Positions 1-7,434 of a stretch of 46,109 bases of DNA are shown piece by piece. This DNA comes from Candidatus Peregrinibacteria bacterium (lineage in GTDB: Bacteria > Patescibacteriota > Gracilibacteria > UBA1369 > LOWO2-01-FULL-3). Location: positions 1 to 46,109 of the forward strand of contig WJKE01000055.1 of assembly GCA_014729275.1 (NCBI GenBank), in the 5' to 3' direction. The translations under genes and the position numbers were made by a program. Position 1 is the first letter of the stretch; every line of letters starts with the position of its first letter. Under the pieces are notes generated by a model, which did not search any database, was not told where the DNA came from, and saw nothing but the letters and a program-made list of their open reading frames with translations.

Positions 1-4
1 AATT

Positions 5-79
<75 letters not shown>

Positions 80-118
80 TTATTTGTAGCCCAAAAATAT
101 AGTATAAAGGAGCTAATG

Positions 119-517
119 TCAATTATCAAAAAACAAACTCCACCACTGGGCCGGATTACTCATTCCAGAATAAGTTTTCGCATCAGGTAATTCCTCTTTA
201 TTAACTTCGATTTCAGTATTAACTACCTCTGGTGAAAGGATAATGATTTCCTCTCCGGGATTAACATAGTTCCAGTTTTGCTTAATAACTTTATCGATAT
301 ATTCTTCAGATGTGAAATACAAATAATCTTCAGTCTTTTTTCGATTCTCTTCTTCAATTTGAGCATTTTCCGCCCTAAAAGTTTCAATATATGAGTCGAT
401 TCGATAATTATTGTAAATAATTTTTGTTAGTGAGTATAACAAATACGCAACCAGCAAAAACTCGAGAATTATAATTATTTTTGTTAAATTTGATGTATTA
501 TTGAACCGCGTCGTCAT
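119..517 (-). CDS. Septum formation initiator (FtsB/DivIC-like) small membrane protein
   Basis: 132 aa. N-terminal TM helix (IIIILEFLLVAYLLYSL), a coiled-coil stretch (RAENAQIEEENRKK), then SEEYIDKVIKQNWNYVNPGEEIIIL. The last segment resembles the conserved C-terminal signature of FtsB/DivIC proteins. Confidence 0.55.
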   Translation of the reverse strand: MTTRFNNTSNLTKIIIILEFLLVAYLLYSLTKIIYNNYRIDSYIETFRAENAQIEEENRKKTEDYLYFTSEEYIDKVIKQNWNYVNPGEEIIILSPEVVNTEIEVNKEELPDAKTYSGMSNPAQWWSLFFDN

Positions 518-553
518 ATACTAAAATTATCACAATTTAATAAATTTAAAAAT

Positions 554-1894
554 ATGAGAGTTCATTTTATTGGAATTGGAGGAATTGGACTTAGCGCAAT
601 TGCCCAGATAATGCGAAGTAGGGGACACAAAGTAAGCGGAAGCGACAACTGCCCAAGCGAATTAACCGAAGAATTAAAAAAACAGGGGATAGAAGTTTAC
701 GATAAGCACAGCGAAGAGAATATTAAAGATGATATTGAGCTAATTGTATATTCACCTGCAGTTCCAGACGATAATGTTGAGTTAAAAAAAGGACGAGAAA
801 CAGGGATAAAAACTATTTCTTATTCAGATGCCCTGGGACAATTAAGTGAAGAAATGTACACGGTTGCAATAGCAGGAACACACGGTAAATCTACGACAAC
901 AGCAATGACAGCGTTGATACTGGACGAAGGAGGTCTTGATCCAACCTTGGTTATTGGAACTAAAATGCCCGAGTATGAAAATAATAACTATAGGGTAGGG
1001 GATAGCAACTATCTTGTTCTTGAAGCGTGTGAATATAAACGAACTTTTTTGACTCTAAATCCGGATATTTTAATAATAACTAATATTGAAGCTGATCATC
1101 TGGATTATTATAAGGATTTAGATGACTACTGTAATGCATTTAAAGAATTAATAGCCAAAATGCCTGAAGATGGTACGGTGATAATAAATTCTAGCGATAA
1201 GAATGCAGAAAATATTGTAAAAGAGGCTAATTGCCAGGTGGTAAGGTGGGGTGACAAAACCAAGGATAATTATAAGTTCATTAATTCGTCATTAATCTTT
1301 AATGAAGCAAAAGAGCTTAGTGAATACAGCCTTAAAATAAAACCTGGAGTCCCTGGTAAATTCAACAAAGAAAACGCAGTTTTTGCAGCAATTGCAGGAG
1401 TAATTTTAGAAGTTGATGATGAAAAAATAGAAAAAGCAGTCTCGAAATTTAAAGGAACCTGGAGGAGGCTTGAAGTTAAGGAAACTCAATTTAAAGATAA
1501 AATTTTTATAGATGACTACGGCCACCACCCAACCGAAATAGCGTTGACCTTAAAGGCAATAAAGGATGAATATCCAAACAAGAAGATGCTGCTTATATAC
1601 CAACCACATCAGTATTCAAGAACTCACCACCTTCTAAAGGAATTTGGAGAATCTTTTAAAAATGCGGATGAAGTAATTATTCCAGACATATATGAAGTAA
1701 GAGATAGTCAGGAGGATAAAGACAGCGTTTCAACGGATGACCTGGTGAAAGAAATTCAAAAAAACGGAGTTTTAGCTAGTAATGGGAATGGCCTAGAAAA
1801 TACAGCTGACATTATAAAAACACGTTTATCAGAATTTGATTTGATTGTAACTATGGGAGCGGGTAATATCGATCGATTTTACTATTATCTCTAG
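554..1894 (+). CDS. murC: UDP-N-acetylmuramate--L-alanine ligase
   Basis: 446 aa. N-terminus HFIGIGGIGLSAIAQIMRSRGHKVSGSD is the MurC Rossmann signature. Mur ligase P-loop AIAGTHGKSTTTAM is present, and the C-terminal Mur ligase domain ends GAGNI. Confidence 0.93.
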   Translation: MRVHFIGIGGIGLSAIAQIMRSRGHKVSGSDNCPSELTEELKKQGIEVYDKHSEENIKDDIELIVYSPAVPDDNVELKKGRETGIKTISYSDALGQLSEEMYTVAIAGTHGKSTTTAMTALILDEGGLDPTLVIGTKMPEYENNNYRVGDSNYLVLEACEYKRTFLTLNPDILIITNIEADHLDYYKDLDDYCNAFKELIAKMPEDGTVIINSSDKNAENIVKEANCQVVRWGDKTKDNYKFINSSLIFNEAKELSEYSLKIKPGVPGKFNKENAVFAAIAGVILEVDDEKIEKAVSKFKGTWRRLEVKETQFKDKIFIDDYGHHPTEIALTLKAIKDEYPNKKMLLIYQPHQYSRTHHLLKEFGESFKNADEVIIPDIYEVRDSQEDKDSVSTDDLVKEIQKNGVLASNGNGLENTADIIKTRLSEFDLIVTMGAGNIDRFYYYL

Positions 1895-3282
1895 TTTTTC
1901 TTTTTCCAAATAGTTCCGGAAGGAGTGTCTTCTAAAACTATGCCCTTTTCTAAAAGTTCATCTCTAATTCGGTCAGAAGTTTCAAAATCCCTGTTTTCTC
2001 TGGCTTGGTTACGCTCTTTTATAAGTTCTTCTATGTCTGCATCTAAATCAGATGTAGTAATGAAAATAATCCCTAAAACCCTATCAATACTTTGTAAAAA
2101 TTCCAAAATTGCTTCCCTTGATTTAGTAGTTAGAGGATTATCCGCAAGATAAATATTTACTTTTTTAATAAAATCAAAAAGAGAGCCTAAAGCACCGGAA
2201 GTATCAAAGTCGTCATCCATGGCATCTTCGAATGAAGCTTTTGAGTTGGTAATAAACTTAAGAATGTTTTCGTTACTCTCACCATCAGTAGTACTGTAAG
2301 AGTTTAAAATACTGACAAATCCATGAATTCTGTCTAAAGCTGATCTGGATTGAGTTAAAAGAACCTGTGAAAAGTCTATGGGATTTCTATAATGAGTCTG
2401 CAAAAGCATAAAACGCACAACCGTAGGAGAATAGTTTTCAAAAATTGCTTTTAAAGTTGAAAAATTATTTAAACTTTTGCTCATTTTTTCTCCATCTACA
2501 TTAATAAATCCATTGTGTATCCAGTACTTTGCAAATGAATTTTCACCTAATGCACCTTCACTCTGTGCAATTTCGCATTCGTGATGCGGAAAAGTTAAAT
2601 CAAGGCCTCCTCCGTGTATGTCGAAGGGCGAGCCCAAGTGCTCATAAGCCATTGCGCTGCACTCAATATGCCAACCGGGACGCCCCTCACCCCACGGACT
2701 CTCATAATAGGGCTCGCCCTCTTTCCTAAACTTCCAAACAGCAAAATCATAAGGATTACGCTTCAATTCATTAACTTCAACACGAGCTCCCATTCTTAAA
2801 TCCTCCAAATTCTGGCCCGAAAGCTTGCCGTACCCGGGAAAAGCATTAATATCAAAATAAATACCATCGGGAAGCGTATATACCATATTCTTTTCTTCCA
2901 ACTCTTCAATTAATTTAATAATCTGATCAATATGTTCGGTAGCTTTTGGCTGAACCGAAGGTGGTTTTACTCCTAATTTTTCATAGTCAAATTTATACTC
3001 CGGAATTATGCGCTCAGCTAACTCAGAGACGCTAATTCCCTCCTCATTAGCTCGGTTTATCATCTTATCATCAATATCAGTGTAGTTAGAAACAAAATGG
3101 ACATCATACCCCTTATATTCGAAATATTTTCGTATTACATCAAAACAAACAGCACTGCGTCCATGTCCCAAATGCGCTACATCATAAACAGTAGGGCCGC
3201 AAACATAAAACTTAACCTTATTTTCTTCTATAGGTTTAAACTCTTCCTTCTTTTTCCCCAGACTATTATAAATTCTTAACAT
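1891..3282 (-). CDS. cysS: Cysteine--tRNA ligase
   Basis: 463 aa. Class I HIGH motif (HLGHGRS), KMSKS motif present, typical CysRS N-terminus (YNSLGKKKEEFKP...VCGPTVYD). Confidence 0.95.
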   Translation of the reverse strand: MLRIYNSLGKKKEEFKPIEENKVKFYVCGPTVYDVAHLGHGRSAVCFDVIRKYFEYKGYDVHFVSNYTDIDDKMINRANEEGISVSELAERIIPEYKFDYEKLGVKPPSVQPKATEHIDQIIKLIEELEEKNMVYTLPDGIYFDINAFPGYGKLSGQNLEDLRMGARVEVNELKRNPYDFAVWKFRKEGEPYYESPWGEGRPGWHIECSAMAYEHLGSPFDIHGGGLDLTFPHHECEIAQSEGALGENSFAKYWIHNGFINVDGEKMSKSLNNFSTLKAIFENYSPTVVRFMLLQTHYRNPIDFSQVLLTQSRSALDRIHGFVSILNSYSTTDGESNENILKFITNSKASFEDAMDDDFDTSGALGSLFDFIKKVNIYLADNPLTTKSREAILEFLQSIDRVLGIIFITTSDLDADIEELIKERNQARENRDFETSDRIRDELLEKGIVLEDTPSGTIWKKKN

Positions 3283-3283
3283 T

Positions 3284-3580
3284 CTAAGCTAAATTATAAA
3301 TTAATAAGAGAATAAACTTTGCAAGAACCTGAATCCCAATAATAGCAATAATTGGCGAAAGATCTATCATACCAATTCTATGAGGAAACTTACGAATAAA
3401 ATCAATAATCGGCTGAGTAGCATCATTAATTCCCCTAGAAATTGGGCCAAGTGTGCTTGGAGGTTTTCCCATATTCACCCAGGAAACAATAACCCTTGCA
3501 ATAATTGCATAAACAAGGACCTCACTAAGAATTACTACAAAATTGGCAGCAAAATTTAATACATTAACAATATTCATCAA
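3284..3580 (-). CDS. YggT family membrane protein
   Basis: 98 aa, two hydrophobic helices, with ARVIVSWV and IDLSPIIAIIG motifs typical of the YGGT repeat family. Confidence 0.7.
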   Translation of the reverse strand: MMNIVNVLNFAANFVVILSEVLVYAIIARVIVSWVNMGKPPSTLGPISRGINDATQPIIDFIRKFPHRIGMIDLSPIIAIIGIQVLAKFILLLIYNLA

Positions 3581-3596
3581 TTACAGATATTAACAG

Positions 3597-5735
3597 TTAG
3601 CGTACCAATTTTGAAACAGAATTTTTAACTTTTTCCTTCATCAAAACAAATCTGGAATAATTTGAATAAATATATCCCGCGATAACAGAAAAGATTAATA
3701 ACAAGGTTACTCCTGGACCGGATTCACTTTTATCTTCATCCATTTCCATAAGTTCTTCACTACCGGCAATACCGGCTTCAACCTCCGGAGGAGTAGTCTC
3801 AACTACCGGAGGAGCAGGAATACCTTTTACAACATTACTAAGCTCCTTGCCCTGAAAACCAAGCTCATCTACTGCAATAACAGCAAAATAGTATTCATCA
3901 CCATTTACAAGATTAGGAATATACCAGGTTGTATCATTAGTGAAAGTGTCCACAACATTATTTAAACTCTCCGGGTCCAGACCGAAATAAATTCTATAGT
4001 TGGAAATAGGGTTTTCATGAATAACGGGTTCAGCCCAGTTTAAAATTATTTTTTCATCATCAGGAGTAGCAGTTAGGTTTGCTACCGCCCCAATTTCAGG
4101 TTCAACAACTTGTTTTTCAATCACATTAATCGTTGCCTCAGATGAAAAACGAGATTCATTCCCCAACTCATCCAATAAAATAAAATCAAAACTATATTCA
4201 CCCGGTTCGGAAGGGGCTGAAAAAGTAGCCTTATAAAAACCATCAGAGTCGCGAGTTAAGTCATAAATACTATCATTAAATATCATTGCAGCCTGAGAAA
4301 GATCATCGGGGATAGTTAAAGTAATTGTTATTTCTTCACCAGATTCAATATCTCCTTCCGGCTCAAAACTAATCTCGGTAATTTCCGGAGCCGATGTATC
4401 AATGATAAAATTTACAATATCACTTTCATCAATAATTGTTCCTTCGCTATCTTCTATTGTTAAATACAAGGCATGTTCACCATCTACCAAAGCTGGCGAG
4501 GTATAAAGAAATTCACCATCGCCATCCACAACAACCGTATCCAGCTTAACTTCATTGTCGTAAATATTTAATTCTGAAGAAGCAGGAGCAAGGCCACTAA
4601 TTACAACAATATTATTACTGTAAGTACCAGAAACCGGATTTTCAATTTCAATTTCAGATTCCCTACTTGAACCTTCCGGAAACAAATCCTCCACTGTAAA
4701 GGTATATTCACCAAATATGGAGGGGTCATCCAGATCACGAGCCTCAATTTGATACTCGCCAGGTTGTAGGAAGGACAAAGTTAAGCTAAAAGTATGAGAA
4801 CCCAAATCTGATTCATTAAACTCATAATCCTCAGGCAGAGTAACATAAGATTCATTATCGGAAAGGACGGAAAATCTAACGGTTCCAAGATAATCATTAA
4901 CAACCGCTTCGTCATCATCCACAGCAGTTAAAGTAAAATTAATAATTTCACCTGTCCCAATCTCCTCAGGTATATCCTCAAATTTTAAACCGCTTGCTAT
5001 GCCCGAAGGCGCTCCGGAAGCGGCATATTCAAAATCCAAGTTCGAGCCGTCATAAAAACCTATTTTAGCCCTATCAGAAATAATTGTATCCGCACTAACA
5101 TCATAAGCAGTATAAGTAACAGGACCCTTAACATCTGATCTAACCCGAAAAACTATTAAGCCTTCTGCATTTGTGATATTTGAAGAATAATATTCAATAT
5201 CGCTCTCATTATCACTCGAAAGAAGCTTAACCATATGTCCTTTAATAGGATTGGCATAGTCATCGACCAATTTTACTGATATCAAAGCAGTATCCTTGCC
5301 AACATGAACCATTTGATTTGCAGGATATAACTTAGAAACCGAAGTAGAAACGCTCGAAGGAAATACTTCAAAACTTGAAAAACCTGAAAAATCGTCCATG
5401 GAATTTAACTTGGCTCTTACATAATAATCTCCTGCTTTTCTTGTATGATAGTCGGAAATTTGACCATAAGCCACGCCATTGGCATTAGACATACCATCAA
5501 ACTTAATAATTTTACCATCAGGTTTTTTCAGCTCAAAATCAATTGCTGAATTGGGAGTGGTTTTAGATGTCTGAATTCTGGTTGAAACACCCGCAACAGT
5601 ATCAAGTGCATATACTTCAAGAGGTGAAGCAGCAAAAGTGGTTTGACAAAAACCTAAAATTAATATCACAACAATACAAAGCGATAATATACTTTTTGTT
5701 TTATTTTTCAGATGTTTCATAGTTTTAGTTATCAT
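3597..5735 (-). CDS. Large secreted/cell-surface protein with Ig-like (Big_1-type) and FN3-like repeats and a C-terminal membrane anchor
   Basis: 712 aa. Signal peptide (...ILGFCQTTFA). Invasin-like Ig repeat (ALISVKLVDDYANPIKGHMVKL...VTYTAYD) and further beta-rich repeats. FN3-like module (NLTATPDDEKIILNWAEP...EYYFAVIAVDELG). Acidic linker, then SGPG + hydrophobic helix (VTLLLIFSVIAGYIY) + basic tail. Confidence 0.6.
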   Translation of the reverse strand: MITKTMKHLKNKTKSILSLCIVVILILGFCQTTFAASPLEVYALDTVAGVSTRIQTSKTTPNSAIDFELKKPDGKIIKFDGMSNANGVAYGQISDYHTRKAGDYYVRAKLNSMDDFSGFSSFEVFPSSVSTSVSKLYPANQMVHVGKDTALISVKLVDDYANPIKGHMVKLLSSDNESDIEYYSSNITNAEGLIVFRVRSDVKGPVTYTAYDVSADTIISDRAKIGFYDGSNLDFEYAASGAPSGIASGLKFEDIPEEIGTGEIINFTLTAVDDDEAVVNDYLGTVRFSVLSDNESYVTLPEDYEFNESDLGSHTFSLTLSFLQPGEYQIEARDLDDPSIFGEYTFTVEDLFPEGSSRESEIEIENPVSGTYSNNIVVISGLAPASSELNIYDNEVKLDTVVVDGDGEFLYTSPALVDGEHALYLTIEDSEGTIIDESDIVNFIIDTSAPEITEISFEPEGDIESGEEITITLTIPDDLSQAAMIFNDSIYDLTRDSDGFYKATFSAPSEPGEYSFDFILLDELGNESRFSSEATINVIEKQVVEPEIGAVANLTATPDDEKIILNWAEPVIHENPISNYRIYFGLDPESLNNVVDTFTNDTTWYIPNLVNGDEYYFAVIAVDELGFQGKELSNVVKGIPAPPVVETTPPEVEAGIAGSEELMEMDEDKSESGPGVTLLLIFSVIAGYIYSNYSRFVLMKEKVKNSVSKLVR

Positions 5736-5783
5736 TAAATTATACTATAAAACAGCCCGATTATCAAGGTAGATACAAAATAA

Positions 5784-5811
5784 TTGACCAAGCAAGTCAA
5801 TCTATTATAAT
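5784..5811 (+). promoter_or_regulatory. Sigma70-like promoter upstream of the PKD-7TM / ATP-grasp cassette
   Basis: TTGACC (5784-5789), 16-nt spacer, TATAAT (5806-5811), 41 nt upstream of the ATG at 5853. Confidence 0.5.
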
Positions 5812-5852
5812 TACTTTTTTACTGCTATATTTCATTAAAATAATGCGGAATT

Positions 5853-7433
5853 ATGAAAAATATATTTAAAAAAATATTTACTGTATTTTATTTACTGCTG
5901 GTTATAATGCCTGGTTTAGCTTTTGCACAAGAACTAAGGGAAGAGGCACAAAGCAATGAAGGCGAGCAAAACCCCGTATATTTGCAAGCAGTAATTAGTA
6001 TCGACGAAGCTGTGGAAGTTCAAAAAAGCTCAATTTTCGATGCATCAGATTCATTTATCCCAAACGCAGAACAGGAAATTAATTTTTATTGGGATTTTGG
6101 AGATGGAAACAAAAACGAAGGCACTGAAGCAATGGAGGTTCTACACGCTTATAAGGAGCCCGGCAGGTACACAGTAAGCCTTACAGTAGACGACGGAATT
6201 AACACTTCAACAGAAACACTAGAAATTTTTGCATACAGAAAGCTTATATTCCTAATGAGTGACCAAACCGAAGCCCAGGAAAGAATCAACGTTATTAAAG
6301 ATTACGCTGAGGAACAAGGGGTATTTATAAAAATAATCGATAGTTTTGGTTCTAGTACAGAGTTTATTTCCGAGGAGATTCTTACAAAAAAGTTAAACGA
6401 GGAATCAAATATATTTCAAAAATCAGGACAAATAGTCATCTGGACAAAAGAAAACGCAGGACTAAATTCACTTTCAAGGTATTTACAGGCAAATCAGGCG
6501 GAAAAAAACAACTTATCTCAGCAAACAATTACCGTACTGGAAAACAACGTTAATGCAATAATTTCAAGAATACAGAACCAATTTCAGCTAATAAAACCAA
6601 AATCAGTAATAGTTGCAAAAGAAGCCGCTATCTACCCATTAATAGAAAGTCAAAACGACAAAGAATTTATATACAGCCTTGAAACCGGGGGATATGAGTA
6701 TGAAATAATCACAGAAGAAACAGGAAAATTACGCCCCTGGAATTTCATGTCTTATTTAGTGAACTTTCTTATAAATACGGGAATTCCCGATAACACCATA
6801 GCCTTATTACTTTTATTACCTGTTATTGCGACGGTCATCGCATTCATGAAACAATTCGTTGGACTAACAACCTTTGGAATCTACACACCATCAATCATGA
6901 CGTTATCCTTCCTTGTAATCGGTCTGCCGGCAGGACTCTTGACGCTTTTCGCAGCAATTATCGCAGGAGCAATCGCCAGGCCAATATTGAAAAAAATCCG
7001 AATGCTCTACATTCCAAAAATGGCATTAGTAATAACATTTGTATCATTGGTTCTTTTCCTTATTTTAATTTTCTCCGTTTACCTGCAACTTTTCGACTCA
7101 GCATTCTTATCAATCGCTATTTTCCCAATGCTGATTCTAAGCACACTTGTCGAAAAATTGATTAGCGTTAAGAGTGAAAAAGGTCTATCCTCAGCAATCG
7201 TGCTCATGGGAGAAACAGTATTGGTTGCAATAATTGCTTACTTTTTAGCGGGAGGAGAAATAAATTTTGGATTCACAACTATCCAATTAAGTCTAATAAA
7301 ACGCATAATCATAACCTATCCTGAGATAATTCTATTACTGTTCATTGCAAATATTATCCTTGGTAAATGGAGTGGATTAAGATTATTGGAAAGATTAAGA
7401 TTCAGAGAAATTCTAAGACATATAGAAGAATAA
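5853..7433 (+). CDS. Secreted PKD-domain protein fused to a C-terminal 7TM module of the type usually fused to inactive transglutaminases
   Basis: 526 aa. Signal peptide MKNIFKKIFTVFYLLLVIMPGLAFA. PKD signature (YWDFGDGN...HAYKEPGRYTVSLTVDDG). Unassigned middle region of ~170 aa. The C-terminal multi-pass block (LLLLPVIATVIAFMKQFVGLTTFGIYTPS...) ends GKWSGLRLLERLRFREI, which I recognise as the 7TM_transglut-type ending. Confidence 0.6.
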   Translation: MKNIFKKIFTVFYLLLVIMPGLAFAQELREEAQSNEGEQNPVYLQAVISIDEAVEVQKSSIFDASDSFIPNAEQEINFYWDFGDGNKNEGTEAMEVLHAYKEPGRYTVSLTVDDGINTSTETLEIFAYRKLIFLMSDQTEAQERINVIKDYAEEQGVFIKIIDSFGSSTEFISEEILTKKLNEESNIFQKSGQIVIWTKENAGLNSLSRYLQANQAEKNNLSQQTITVLENNVNAIISRIQNQFQLIKPKSVIVAKEAAIYPLIESQNDKEFIYSLETGGYEYEIITEETGKLRPWNFMSYLVNFLINTGIPDNTIALLLLLPVIATVIAFMKQFVGLTTFGIYTPSIMTLSFLVIGLPAGLLTLFAAIIAGAIARPILKKIRMLYIPKMALVITFVSLVLFLILIFSVYLQLFDSAFLSIAIFPMLILSTLVEKLISVKSEKGLSSAIVLMGETVLVAIIAYFLAGGEINFGFTTIQLSLIKRIIITYPEIILLLFIANIILGKWSGLRLLERLRFREILRHIEE

Positions 7434-7434
7434 A

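Noticed and set aside
5766-5777. The 10-mer AAGGTAGATA is shared by the promoter regions of the PKD-7TM cassette (about 5768) and der (about 26404)
   Set aside because: There are only two copies. They sit at different positions relative to the -35/-10 boxes (upstream of the -35 versus inside the spacer). One chance recurrence of an AT-rich 10-mer in 92 kb of two-strand sequence is not compelling.
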